A DNA stretch of 64,000 nt from Chloroflexota bacterium (GCA_018606645.1 JAGVRI010000005.1:50629-114628), one strand, 5' to 3'. Shown: positions 19,976 to 29,718, numbered from the stretch's first letter. A program made the numbers and translations. The notes: generated from the sequence alone by a model not told the origin.

Positions 19976-20746
19976 TCACGAGCTCCACGGTGAAGCCAGG
20001 ATCACTCCTCCGTCCACGTAGAGGATGACGCCGGTGATATAGTCGGCCTCGTCCGAGGCCAAAAAGACCACCGCATGGCCGATATCCCGAGGACTGCCAA
20101 AGCGTCGTAAGGGAATGCCGGCCCGGATCTTTTCGGCGGTTACAGGATCGGAAAGACATCCTTTGCTGCTGAGGCCGTTTTTGATCACCCCGGGCCCAAT
20201 GGCGTTCACATTGATGGAATACGGGGCCAGGTCCAGGGCCAGGGCTTTGGTGAGCATCAGAATACCCCCCTTGGAGGCGGCATAGTGAGGTTCGCCGGGG
20301 GCAGGCATTTCAGACATAATCGAGCCGATGTTGATGATCTTGCCCCCGGTTCCCCACTGGGCCATGTGCCGCGCCACCGCCTGGGAACAGAGCCACGCCC
20401 CTTTGAGATTGATGTCGAGGGTTTTGTCCCAGTCGGCCTCGCTGATCTCAAATACGGGGCGGATCAACTCGACGCCGGCATTGTTGACCAGGATATCGAT
20501 CTGCCCGGCCCACGCCAGCGTCCGCTCTACCATCTCGGTCACCGAGTCGGGATTGGACACGTCGGTGCGAACGACTAACGCCCGGCGGCCCAACTTCTGC
20601 ACTTCCTCGGCTACTGTCTGAGCCCCTTTCTCATCCAGGTCCGCCAGCACCACAGCCGCGCCTTCCTCGGCGAGACGAGTCACAATGCCCTTGCCGATGC
20701 CTCCTGCCGCGCCGGTGACGATGGCTACTTTGTCTTTGAGTCTCAT
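19976..20746 (-). CDS. SDR-family oxidoreductase
   Basis: TGAAGGIGKG and NNAG motifs with a YAASK catalytic motif. Confidence 0.85.
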   Translation of the reverse strand: MRLKDKVAIVTGAAGGIGKGIVTRLAEEGAAVVLADLDEKGAQTVAEEVQKLGRRALVVRTDVSNPDSVTEMVERTLAWAGQIDILVNNAGVELIRPVFEISEADWDKTLDINLKGAWLCSQAVARHMAQWGTGGKIINIGSIMSEMPAPGEPHYAASKGGILMLTKALALDLAPYSINVNAIGPGVIKNGLSSKGCLSDPVTAEKIRAGIPLRRFGSPRDIGHAVVFLASDEADYITGVILYVDGGVILASPWSS

Positions 20747-20759
20747 GAAATCCCTTTCT

Positions 20760-21533
20760 TCACTCCAGAGTGAATCCCCCGTCCACGACCAGGTTCACCC
20801 CGGTGATCATGGACGCTTCTTCGGAGGCCAGGAACAGAACAGCATGGGCAATGTCCTCAGGCTGGCACATCCTGCCCAGCGGAATCCGTTCGGCAAACGC
20901 TTGACGCTTCTCAAAAGCGGCCCGGTCCTGCTGAAGATGGGCCAGACGATGGCGCATCGGCTTTTCCATGGGCCCGGGGCAGACGCTGTTCACCCGGATA
21001 TTGTATCGGGCATAGTCTCGCGCCATTTGCTGCGTCAGCAAAACCAATCCTCCCTTGGACGCCCCATAAGCAGCCTCCTGGGCCATCGGTCTCAACCCGG
21101 CGATCGAGCCGGTGTTGATGATGACTCCGCCGCCGTTCTTGATCATCTCCGGGATCACATATTTTGAACAGAGAAACACACCTTTCAGATTGACATCCAG
21201 GATCTGATCCCAGTCCTCTACCTCGGTGGCGACGACGTGGGTCGCCTGAGGCAGGTCAATGCCGGCATTGTTGTGCAGGACGTCGATCCGACCATACCGT
21301 TCCACCGCCAGGCGCACCATAGCCTGCACCTCGGTCGGCTGGATAACGTTTGTCTGGATGAACAGCGCCTCGCCGCCTTCCTGGTGGATGAGTCCGGCCG
21401 TCTCCTGCCCACTCTCAGCCTCATAGTCCACGACTACTACCCTGGCCCCCTCCCGGGCCAAGAGCAGAGCCGTCGCCCGGCCGATGCCCATGCCGGCGCC
21501 GGTGATTAACGCCACCTTCCCGGTAAATCTCAC
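20760..21533 (-). CDS. SDR-family oxidoreductase
   Basis: TGAGMGIGRA and NNAG motifs with a YGASK catalytic motif. Third of three tandem paralogs. Confidence 0.85.
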   Translation of the reverse strand: MRFTGKVALITGAGMGIGRATALLLAREGARVVVVDYEAESGQETAGLIHQEGGEALFIQTNVIQPTEVQAMVRLAVERYGRIDVLHNNAGIDLPQATHVVATEVEDWDQILDVNLKGVFLCSKYVIPEMIKNGGGVIINTGSIAGLRPMAQEAAYGASKGGLVLLTQQMARDYARYNIRVNSVCPGPMEKPMRHRLAHLQQDRAAFEKRQAFAERIPLGRMCQPEDIAHAVLFLASEEASMITGVNLVVDGGFTLE

Positions 21534-21596
21534 CGGAATGCCTCCCGATCCTTCATCGGAAGCGAGTCCGCTTTCCCTCTCGTCTCGACGGAAAGG

Positions 21597-23552
21597 CTAG
21601 AGCTTGAGGGCCACCGCTGCCGCGTCATGAACCGCCTTCCGATAATCGCCGGGCGCCTGGCAATCGCCGATCAGGTAGACATCGCCCCGCCTCTCCTTCA
21701 GGGCCAGGCCCAGGCTGCTGTTCGGGGTCACGCCGACGGCAAGCACCACCGTGTCAAACCCATCAAACACATCTTCCTGCGCGTATCGCCTAACCCGGAG
21801 ACTGAGTTTACCATCCTGAGGCTCGATGGCTGTCACCAGCGTTGAAGTCAGGTACCGAAAATCCTTCTTGGCCAATTTGTCCAACAAGGCCAGCTCGGCG
21901 TCGTGGCTGATGTCCAGGAGGATGTCGTGCAACATCTCGAAGACCAACACCTTCTTGCCTTCCTGCTGCAGGATAAATTCAGCAGTCTCGATCCCCATCG
22001 AGCTTCCCCCAATGATAGCCACCGACTGTCCTACCTCCACCTTGCCCAGCAAGACATCATCGGCCGTCACCACACTGGGATGATCCAGGCCCCTGATGCT
22101 GGCCGGCAGAAGCGGCTTGCCGCCAGTCGCGACAATGACGACATCCGGGTTGCGCGCTTCAACTTCCTCCACCGTAAGCTCCCGTCCCAATTCCACCTGG
22201 ACCCCCAGCCGTTTCATCTCGTTCTCATAATAGGTCAGCCAGCGCTTCTGGTTCTCCTTGTCAGGTGGGATCATCGCCAGGTGGATTTTGCCCCCAATCC
22301 GATCGTTCTTGTCCACCAGGGTCACCGAATGACCTCGAATGGCTGCCAGGCGTGCCGCCTCCAGGCCGGCCGGGCCGGCGCCAATGACCAACACCTTCTT
22401 TGGATCGTCGGTAGGCCATAACCCCTGTTCGAACTCTTTTTCCTTGCCCACGGCGGCGTTGACCGTGCACCGCATGTCTTCGGGCCACACCGCAGCGCTT
22501 TTGGAACAGCGCAGACAGGGTCGGATTTCCTCCAACCGTCCTTCGCGCGCCTTGTTGGGCATGTCCGGATCGGCGAACAAGGGCCGGCCGATAGCGACCA
22601 GGTCTACCTTGCCCCGTGCCAGCACCTTTTCCGCAAAGATCGGGTCCTCAATCGCTCCCACGGCAATGACCGGTACATCAGGCCCGACCGCCTCCTTGAT
22701 CCCTTCGGCCAGGTAGACGTTGTAGCCTTGGGGAACGGCGGCGGGCAGAAAGCTATAGTGCCCACTGGGTGCCATCCCCGCCGAGACATGAATAACCTCA
22801 GCCCCGGCCCCAACCAGGATCTTGGCGATCTCCTTGGCATCTTCCAGGGTGTTTCCGCCATTCACATAGTCGTGTCCATTGATCCGAACCTGAAGGAGCA
22901 ACCCGTCGCCGACTACTTCCCGAATGCGGGCCAGGATCTCGCGGACGATGCGCGTTCGCCCCCATACATCACCCCCGTACTCGTCGGTGCGTTTGTTCTG
23001 GTACGGGGACAGAAACCCGGAGAGCAGGTATCCGTGAGCGCAATGGATTTCGACGCCGTCAAAGCCAGCTTCTTGAGCCCGTCGGGCGGCCTGAGCATAC
23101 TCTTCGACCAGCGCATGGATCTCTTCGACGGTGATCGCCCGGGTGGGGTCTTTGCGCACCGGATCCGGGATGCCAGAGGGGCTCAGGGTGGGCGGGCCGG
23201 CGATCATGCCGTAGCGCTGCCGGCCGGCATGATAGAGCTGGAGCGATGTCCGCACGTCATACGAATGGATAGCCTCCACCAACTTGCGGAATCCTGGTAT
23301 ATACTTGTCATCGGTGATCCGGGTCTGGTTCGGGTGGGAGCGACCACTGGGCTCGCTGACCACGGTCGCGTTCACCACAATATATCCAACTCCACCTCGA
23401 GCCCGGGCTTCGTAATAGTCGATCAACCGTTGGTGGACAAAGCCCTCAGAGCCGGGGATATAAATGGCCATCGGGGGCATGACCATCCGATTCTTCACTT
23501 CAAAGGTGCGGAATCGAAACGGCTCAAACAGATATTTGAACTCGGCGTTCAT
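21597..23552 (-). CDS. 2,4-dienoyl-CoA reductase-like flavoprotein (OYE domain plus FAD/NAD(P) domain)
   Basis: 651 aa. OYE signature (FDGVEIHCAHGYLLSGFLSPYQNKRTDEYGG) and C-terminal Rossmann motifs (VLVIGAGPAGLEAAR). Paralog of the 4138-6105 gene. Confidence 0.85.
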   Translation of the reverse strand: MNAEFKYLFEPFRFRTFEVKNRMVMPPMAIYIPGSEGFVHQRLIDYYEARARGGVGYIVVNATVVSEPSGRSHPNQTRITDDKYIPGFRKLVEAIHSYDVRTSLQLYHAGRQRYGMIAGPPTLSPSGIPDPVRKDPTRAITVEEIHALVEEYAQAARRAQEAGFDGVEIHCAHGYLLSGFLSPYQNKRTDEYGGDVWGRTRIVREILARIREVVGDGLLLQVRINGHDYVNGGNTLEDAKEIAKILVGAGAEVIHVSAGMAPSGHYSFLPAAVPQGYNVYLAEGIKEAVGPDVPVIAVGAIEDPIFAEKVLARGKVDLVAIGRPLFADPDMPNKAREGRLEEIRPCLRCSKSAAVWPEDMRCTVNAAVGKEKEFEQGLWPTDDPKKVLVIGAGPAGLEAARLAAIRGHSVTLVDKNDRIGGKIHLAMIPPDKENQKRWLTYYENEMKRLGVQVELGRELTVEEVEARNPDVVIVATGGKPLLPASIRGLDHPSVVTADDVLLGKVEVGQSVAIIGGSSMGIETAEFILQQEGKKVLVFEMLHDILLDISHDAELALLDKLAKKDFRYLTSTLVTAIEPQDGKLSLRVRRYAQEDVFDGFDTVVLAVGVTPNSSLGLALKERRGDVYLIGDCQAPGDYRKAVHDAAAVALKL

Positions 23553-23576
23553 TCAGATTCTCCATTCCAGAATGCT

Positions 23577-24350
23577 TTAATGTTTGAGTATGGCCGACAA
23601 AAACTGTCGCGTTCTTGGCTCCTGGGGATGGGTCAAGATCTGATCGCACGGCCCTTCTTCAATGATTTGACCTTCACACAGAAAGACGATCCGGGAACCG
23701 ACCTCGCGGGCAAAGCCCATCTCGTGGGTGACCACGATCATCGTCATCCCTTCTTCTGCCAGCCGTTTCATCTCAGCCAGGATACCGCCGATCAACTCCG
23801 GGTCTAATGCTGAAGTGACCTCGTCAAACAACATCAATTTGGGTTCCATCACCAGGGAACGGGCAATAGCCACCCGTTGCTTCTGACCACCGGAAAGGGT
23901 ATCTGGATAGGCGTGAAGTTTGTCCCCCAGTCCAACCCGCTCCAACTGGGCCTTGGCTCTCTGCTCTGCCTCTGCCTTGGGGATCTTGAGCGCCTGTTCT
24001 AATCCCAGCGTACAGTTCTGGAGGGCCGTAAGATGAGGGAATAGGTTGAAATGTTGGAAGACCATCCCGATGTGGGTGCGCAGATAGCGCAGGTCTTCCT
24101 GCCCACGGCCCCTCAAACGGTCTTGCCACGAGTGTTTGACGGCATAGTTTTTGCCCAGGAAGATCACCTCGCCGGAATCGGGCCACTCCAACAGGTTGAC
24201 GCACCGGAGCAAGGTGGACTTGCCCTGGCCGCTGGGGCCGATGATGACCACCACTTCCTGGCGATGCACGGTGAGGTTGATGCCTTTCAGGACCTGATGA
24301 TCGCCAAACGATTTCGTAATGTTGACCAGTTTCAGAATCTCTTCAGCCAT
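23577..24350 (-). CDS. polar amino acid ABC transporter ATP-binding protein
   Basis: Walker A (GPSGQGKST), ABC signature (LSGGQKQRVAIARSL) and Walker B (LMLFDEVTSALD). Confidence 0.9.
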   Translation of the reverse strand: MAEEILKLVNITKSFGDHQVLKGINLTVHRQEVVVIIGPSGQGKSTLLRCVNLLEWPDSGEVIFLGKNYAVKHSWQDRLRGRGQEDLRYLRTHIGMVFQHFNLFPHLTALQNCTLGLEQALKIPKAEAEQRAKAQLERVGLGDKLHAYPDTLSGGQKQRVAIARSLVMEPKLMLFDEVTSALDPELIGGILAEMKRLAEEGMTMIVVTHEMGFAREVGSRIVFLCEGQIIEEGPCDQILTHPQEPRTRQFLSAILKH

Positions 24351-24355
24351 AGTTT

Positions 24356-25030
24356 CTAGATACCCCTCGCTTGTACGTGACGTGAATAATGCCGCTCAAT
24401 CACACTTACCAGCCGGGAAAACCCAAGAACCAGCAAAAAGTAGATCACTGCCGACGCTGTATAGAACTCGAACGGACGAAAATGGAACTTGGTCAAACGG
24501 TCCGCCTGTTTCATCAGGTCCCAAACGCCTACCACTCCGACAATGGCGGCGTCTTTGAGCATGTCCACAAACAGATTCGCTGCCGACGGGATCACGACCC
24601 GCAGCGCCTGGGGCAAGACAATGAGGCGAAAGGTGGACAGATTGCTCAGACCCAGCGCTCGGGCGGCCTCGTATTGACCAAAGCCGACCGTGCCCAGACC
24701 CGTACGGTACACCTCGGCCATGTAGGCGCTATTCAGCAGCCCCAGACAGAGCACCGCCGCCGTAAAGGGCGGCAGGTTGATATCAAGCGCGATGGCCAGT
24801 CCGAAAAAGACCCACAGAATCAGAACATAGAGCGAAGTGCCCCGAAAGAATTGAATGAAGAGAAAGGCGGGCAACCAGAATACCGGCAGGCGAGAGGCAC
24901 GCAGTAAAGCAACGGGCAGCCCCAGTATCAAAGCCACTCCTAACGCCAGCAACGCCACCTCTATGGTGACCAGCGTTCCGTGCAGGAGAGGCAACCGGGC
25001 GTTCCATACAAGGTCCAGGCGGAAAGTCAT
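24356..25030 (-). CDS. polar amino acid ABC transporter permease
   Basis: Permease with EAA loop (EAARALGLSNLSTFRLIVLPQA). Confidence 0.8.
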   Translation of the reverse strand: MTFRLDLVWNARLPLLHGTLVTIEVALLALGVALILGLPVALLRASRLPVFWLPAFLFIQFFRGTSLYVLILWVFFGLAIALDINLPPFTAAVLCLGLLNSAYMAEVYRTGLGTVGFGQYEAARALGLSNLSTFRLIVLPQALRVVIPSAANLFVDMLKDAAIVGVVGVWDLMKQADRLTKFHFRPFEFYTASAVIYFLLVLGFSRLVSVIERHYSRHVQARGI

Positions 25031-25044
25031 ATGCCCGTCCTTCC

Positions 25045-25713
25045 TCAGCTCCGTCGCCAGCGGTAACGCGATTCCAGCCAGCCGGCCAGCGCGGCGAATA
25101 CCAAGGTGCTGGAGATAAAGATCACCCCGGCCGTGGAATAGAACTCGAACGGCTTGAAGGTCAACGCCGCCGAAGTACGGGCAAAATACATCAGATCGAA
25201 CACCCCAATGATCCCCACAATTGTGGCCCCCTTCAGGATCCCCACGAATTGATTCATCGTCGCCGGCAGAACCGTGCGAAACACCTGGGGCAGCACCACT
25301 TTTCGGTAAAGCTGGCTGGTGCTTAATCCGATGGACACCCCGGCCTCATACTGGCCCCGGTCCACTGCCAACAAACCGGACCGATAGATCTCGGACATAT
25401 AGGCAGCCGCGATCAGCCCCAACGCCAACACCGCTGCTTCAATGGCCTGTAACCCCAGGCCAAAGGCAACCTTGAAGCCGTAATACAACCACAACAGAAA
25501 CACGTACAACGGCAGCGATCGAAAGAACCCCACATACAACCTCGCCGGGGCCTGTATCATCGGGTTCCTGGAGTTCCGCAGCAGGGCCAGGATGAGCCCC
25601 AGTCCCATGGCCACCAGCATTGACCAGGCCGCCACATAATAGGTGATCAGCGTGGCGTTCAGAAAGTTCTGCCAGTTGCTGGTGATGATCTTCCAGTCAA
25701 ATCTGAATTCCAT
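25045..25713 (-). CDS. polar amino acid ABC transporter permease
   Basis: Paralogous permease (YEAGVSIGLSTSQLYRKVVLPQV). Confidence 0.8.
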   Translation of the reverse strand: MEFRFDWKIITSNWQNFLNATLITYYVAAWSMLVAMGLGLILALLRNSRNPMIQAPARLYVGFFRSLPLYVFLLWLYYGFKVAFGLGLQAIEAAVLALGLIAAAYMSEIYRSGLLAVDRGQYEAGVSIGLSTSQLYRKVVLPQVFRTVLPATMNQFVGILKGATIVGIIGVFDLMYFARTSAALTFKPFEFYSTAGVIFISSTLVFAALAGWLESRYRWRRS

Positions 25714-25841
25714 GTATGGACCCCATCCTGCGGACCATGGGCCTGGACATCGAGTCCGAGGGAGCGAACTGAGGAAATCATTGGATCCCGCGTCCAGCCC
25801 GCTCCCTCAGATCCCCCAGACCTGCTGTCTCAAGAATCCCG

Positions 25842-26813
25842 CTACTTGCCCCAGGCCTCCTGAATGGCCCTGACGCCAGGCAGTTCCCCAATCCAATACT
25901 TGAATCGGTTCTGCTGCCAGCCGTGAGCCGCATAGTAGCGGAACCAGGTACCCATCCACTCTTTGGTCCTGTAGTCGCCCAGTGGCACAAAGAAGGTGTT
26001 CACATCAGAAAAGAGCGAGCCACCTGGCCAGATATCCACCGTGCCCGGGTTCTCATGAAGATAGGCCGCCGCATTCCAGATGGCGATCAGGCAGGCGTCG
26101 GAGCGCCCAGCGGCCACCTCCAGCACCGTTTCCGGCCAGTTGAGCGGTTTGAATGTGGCGTTGGGGAACATCAAACGAGCCGAAGCGTCCTGGGCAGAAC
26201 CGCTCATGTTGCTAAAGGTCACCTCAGGCTTGTTCAGGTCTTCCAACTTGTCGACGGTGAAGCCCTTCCGGAGGAGTAACACCGAGTCCTCGAAGAAGGT
26301 GGGTTCGTCAATGAAAAGGACTTGCTTGGCCCGCTCCGGCGTGGTGGTGAACGCGATCCCGATCCAATCGAATTTGTCGGCCAGCAGCCCGGCAATCAAC
26401 TCCCCAAACGGCATCTCGACATATTCCAGCTTGACCCCCAGGTCCTGGGCCATCAGAGCATCAATTTCGGGCATCAACCCCTTGGGTTCGTTGGTGCTTG
26501 GATCGCGGAACTGAAGGGGCGGGAAGGTGAGGTCCACCCCTACGCGCAACACGCCATTCTTCAGGACGCGGTCAAGTCTGGGCTCAACGGCCTGGGCGGG
26601 CGGCGGTGAGGCCTGGGCCACTTTCGTCGGCGGAGTTGTCGGACCCGCCATCGCCACCGTTTCGGCCGGCGTGTTGGTCGCCGGAACCACCACCGTGGGC
26701 TCTGTGGCGCCAATGGTGCAGCCTACCGCCAATGTCCCCAGAGCGCCGGCGCTCGCGGCCAGCAGAAAATCACGGCGATTCATTTGCTTATTCATACTGC
26801 TCTCCCTCCTCAT
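25842..26813 (-). CDS. amino acid ABC transporter substrate-binding lipoprotein
   Basis: RRDFLLAASAGALGTLAVGC signal/lipobox, a Pro/Thr/Ala linker, then a family-3 SBP fold. The true start is probably the internal MNKQMNRRDFL. Confidence 0.8.
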   Translation of the reverse strand: MRRESSMNKQMNRRDFLLAASAGALGTLAVGCTIGATEPTVVVPATNTPAETVAMAGPTTPPTKVAQASPPPAQAVEPRLDRVLKNGVLRVGVDLTFPPLQFRDPSTNEPKGLMPEIDALMAQDLGVKLEYVEMPFGELIAGLLADKFDWIGIAFTTTPERAKQVLFIDEPTFFEDSVLLLRKGFTVDKLEDLNKPEVTFSNMSGSAQDASARLMFPNATFKPLNWPETVLEVAAGRSDACLIAIWNAAAYLHENPGTVDIWPGGSLFSDVNTFFVPLGDYRTKEWMGTWFRYYAAHGWQQNRFKYWIGELPGVRAIQEAWGK

Positions 26814-26938
26814 GACTGGTAGATTTCAAAGCCTTTGCCATTTCCCACAACCGACTTCTCGATCACAGCCTCACGGACATAGACCACCCCCTCTCTGAAT
26901 GAGTATACCGGTCTTATCCGACATCTATGGGCCCTTCG

Positions 26939-28099
26939 TCAGCTCTCTTTCGCCACCCGGTCGATAAAGTCGCGCATGCGGCGGATGCCTTCTTCCAGAT
27001 CTTCTAGGGACGAGGCCAGCGAGATGCGCACATAGTTTCGGGCCGTTTCCCCAAAGGCGGTACCCGGCGCGACGGCCACTCTGGCTTCTTCTAACAGCTT
27101 GAAGGCAAAGGTGCGGGAATCCATTCCGCTCCGTGAGACATCGGCCATGGTATAGAATGCGCCGTGCGGCGTCGAAGTCCACATCCCGTACTTGCGCAAC
27201 AGCCCATCCACCACATCCCGACGGTGCCGATACGCCTCTAGCATCCTGAACACGGGCTCACGCGGTCCCTTCAGGGCCGCCTCGGCACCCTTTTGCGCGA
27301 AACTTGTGGCACACGACATGTTCGCTTCCAGGATTTTATTGATGACATCCGCAAGTTCGCGGTTGGTCACCACGTAACCGACCCGATAGCCGGTCATGGC
27401 ATAGGTTTTCGAAAAGGTAAAGACTGAAATGACGTGGCCATCATCCCAGAAAGAGGCGGGAGAGACATGCTCGCCCTCAAAAACAATTTCATCGTAGCAC
27501 TCATCCGAGAGCAGGTACAGATCGTATTTCTGGCACAGTTCGACGATCCCCTCAACCACTTGCCGGGGAAAAACCGCTCCGGTCGGGTTGCAGGGAGAGT
27601 TGATGATCAGCAACTTGGTGCGCGGGGTGATATAGCGTTCCAACTCCTCTGGATCCGGGGCGAAATCGCGCTCGGCATGAAGGGGATAACGAACGACTCT
27701 GGCTGGTGAGTAGCTCAACTCCAGTTGGTAGTTAGGCCAGGCCGGATCGGGGAGCAACACCTCGTCGCCCTGCTCCAACAAAGCCAGGAGCGCTGCCGCA
27801 ATGCCACCCACTCCGCCGATGGTCACATTGATCAGCGAAGGTTCGGTTCGGATCTTGTTCACCGTGGCCAGTTTCTCCACCAGGAGTTGGCGCAGGCTCA
27901 ACAGGCCGGCCGTGGCAGTATATTTGGTGACCCCCTCTCGCACCGCTTTTACCGTCGCCTCGACGATATGCTCCGGTGTATCAAAATCCGGCTGCCCCAC
28001 CTCAAGACGGATGGCATCGGGCATGGTGAGCGCCACATTGACGATCTCCCGGATCCCGGAATGAGCGACTTCACGTGGACCTGCCGCTAATGGTTTCAT
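26939..28099 (-). CDS. pyridoxal-phosphate-dependent aminotransferase class I/II (aspartate/aromatic aminotransferase-like)
   Basis: 386 aa with the PLP-lysine region (FSKTYAMTGYRVGY) and an N-terminal AHSGIREI motif. Confidence 0.85.
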   Translation of the reverse strand: MKPLAAGPREVAHSGIREIVNVALTMPDAIRLEVGQPDFDTPEHIVEATVKAVREGVTKYTATAGLLSLRQLLVEKLATVNKIRTEPSLINVTIGGVGGIAAALLALLEQGDEVLLPDPAWPNYQLELSYSPARVVRYPLHAERDFAPDPEELERYITPRTKLLIINSPCNPTGAVFPRQVVEGIVELCQKYDLYLLSDECYDEIVFEGEHVSPASFWDDGHVISVFTFSKTYAMTGYRVGYVVTNRELADVINKILEANMSCATSFAQKGAEAALKGPREPVFRMLEAYRHRRDVVDGLLRKYGMWTSTPHGAFYTMADVSRSGMDSRTFAFKLLEEARVAVAPGTAFGETARNYVRISLASSLEDLEEGIRRMRDFIDRVAKES

Positions 28100-28111
28100 C
28101 TCGTCTCCTCC

Positions 28112-29203
28112 TTATTGCTCACAGTCGGAACGAACCAGATCCACCGTTGTGCCGAGAAAGACCAGTTCGCCTGATCGTACCACATAAAAGTCAATAATGG
28201 GATTTAACCGATCGCCGGTGGAAGAAAAGGTAATCGGCCCACTGGCACCCGGATAGTTTTGTGTCCTGGCCACCTGTTCTCGTACTGTCTCGCGATCCGA
28301 CGCGCCAGCCCTGCGCAATGCCTCAATGAGGATATTGGCTGCATCGTACGCCTCCGCCGTATAGATCGTATAGTCGGCGAGATCGGGAAAGGAGCGGGCA
28401 TATGACCGCCGGAAATCGGCCGCCGACGGATATCGTCGGACATCCGCGCAGGCGCTGGTATAGTAGGGGCCCACCACCTCGACTTCGGGCGTTTCCAGAT
28501 ATCGAGAGGGTTTCAGTCCGTCAGCGCCCAAATAGGGAGCCAGAACGCCGCCTGCTCGTAACTCATGGGCCATGGCCGATCCTTCGGCCTCAATCAAACC
28601 GAAATAGATGAGGTCGGGGCCTGCGGCCCGAACCCGCTGGACGGCATCCGGAAAGTGACGTTGGCCTCGTTGAATGCCTTCAAACAGCACGATCTCTGCT
28701 CCGTGCTTATGGGCTTCGTCAGCAAATATCTCGGCCAGCGGCTGGCCAAAGGCCGAATGGTCATGCAACACAGCGATCCGCCGGGCACCGACGAAGCGGA
28801 CGGCGCACCTGGCCGCTTCCCGGCCCTGGACTTCGTCGGAAGCCACCACCCGAAAGAAGGTATCCCATCCCTGGCGCGTCAGGTTTGGGTTCGAAGCGGC
28901 CGGGCAGATGTGCACTAGACGAGATTGGTGATAAATAGGCGCGGCTGCCTGGGCAGGGGTGCTATTGAACGGCCCGACGACGCCCAAGACCGCCGGGTCC
29001 GTACTGAATTGACGGGCAACAGCCTCGCCCCCTTCGCTGGTGCAGGCATCATCGAGAGAGACCAGTTCAATCTGAAAAGGCAGGTCCCCTCGTTCGTTAG
29101 CCTGTCTTACGGCCAGTTCCACAGCATGATCGGCCGCTATCCCGTGCACTTTCTCTTCACCCGAGAGCGGCACGGAATGTCCAATCCTGACCGTCTTTTT
29201 CAT
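28112..29203 (-). CDS. type-I periplasmic-binding-fold protein (LivJ/AmiC-like) lacking a signal peptide
   Basis: LivJ-like fold (IGHSVPLSGEEKVHGIAADHAVELAV..., GVVGPFNSTPAQAAAP). The N-terminus MKKTVRIGHSVPLSG has no hydrophobic h-region. An in-frame upstream stop rules out an N-terminal extension. Confidence 0.75.
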   Translation of the reverse strand: MKKTVRIGHSVPLSGEEKVHGIAADHAVELAVRQANERGDLPFQIELVSLDDACTSEGGEAVARQFSTDPAVLGVVGPFNSTPAQAAAPIYHQSRLVHICPAASNPNLTRQGWDTFFRVVASDEVQGREAARCAVRFVGARRIAVLHDHSAFGQPLAEIFADEAHKHGAEIVLFEGIQRGQRHFPDAVQRVRAAGPDLIYFGLIEAEGSAMAHELRAGGVLAPYLGADGLKPSRYLETPEVEVVGPYYTSACADVRRYPSAADFRRSYARSFPDLADYTIYTAEAYDAANILIEALRRAGASDRETVREQVARTQNYPGASGPITFSSTGDRLNPIIDFYVVRSGELVFLGTTVDLVRSDCEQ

Positions 29204-29250
29204 CTATCTAGCTCCTCATCCTGATTCGATCCTTCTCCAGCCAGCGGACG

Positions 29251-29718
29251 CTATGCATCCATCTGTCGGGGCAAGTCCGGAGACCCGGGTATCTCTGCGC
29301 CGTGCCCATGTTGCTGTAAGATCGCCACCAACGCATCCTCGGCAAAGCGCAGGCCGTCGTGTATCCCTTGGCGATACGGACCACTCCCCTTGGCCGCGTT
29401 ATAGGCTTGCTCTTCCCGGATACGGCGAATCAGGTCCCCTATCATGGTTGCCAAATCATCCGCCACATGCACCGCCATCTCGCCCTGCTCCAATAAGGCA
29501 GAGTCCCTTGGCGGCAATGCGCTGATTTTCTTTTCAGTCGCCAACAGAAGCGACTCCAGTTGTTCAGGATCGTAACCGACCACGTAGCGCTCCCCCACGG
29601 CGACAACCGGCACGACAAGCTCGCCAGTCAAGGCCAACAACTCGGCCCTGGCCTGAGGGTCGAGGCGGATGTTCCGCTCAACAAACGAGATGTTACGTGC
29701 GGAGAGAAACTCTCTCAA
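29251..29718 (-). CDS. glutaredoxin-like fold protein with a C-terminal domain of unknown function
   Basis: The N-terminal ~70 aa resemble a glutaredoxin/NrdH fold (REFLSARNISFVERNI ... LVVPVVAVGERYVVGYDPEQL) but have no CxxC motif. The C-terminal ~80 aa were not recognised. Confidence 0.4.
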   Translation of the reverse strand: MREFLSARNISFVERNIRLDPQARAELLALTGELVVPVVAVGERYVVGYDPEQLESLLLATEKKISALPPRDSALLEQGEMAVHVADDLATMIGDLIRRIREEQAYNAAKGSGPYRQGIHDGLRFAEDALVAILQQHGHGAEIPGSPDLPRQMDA

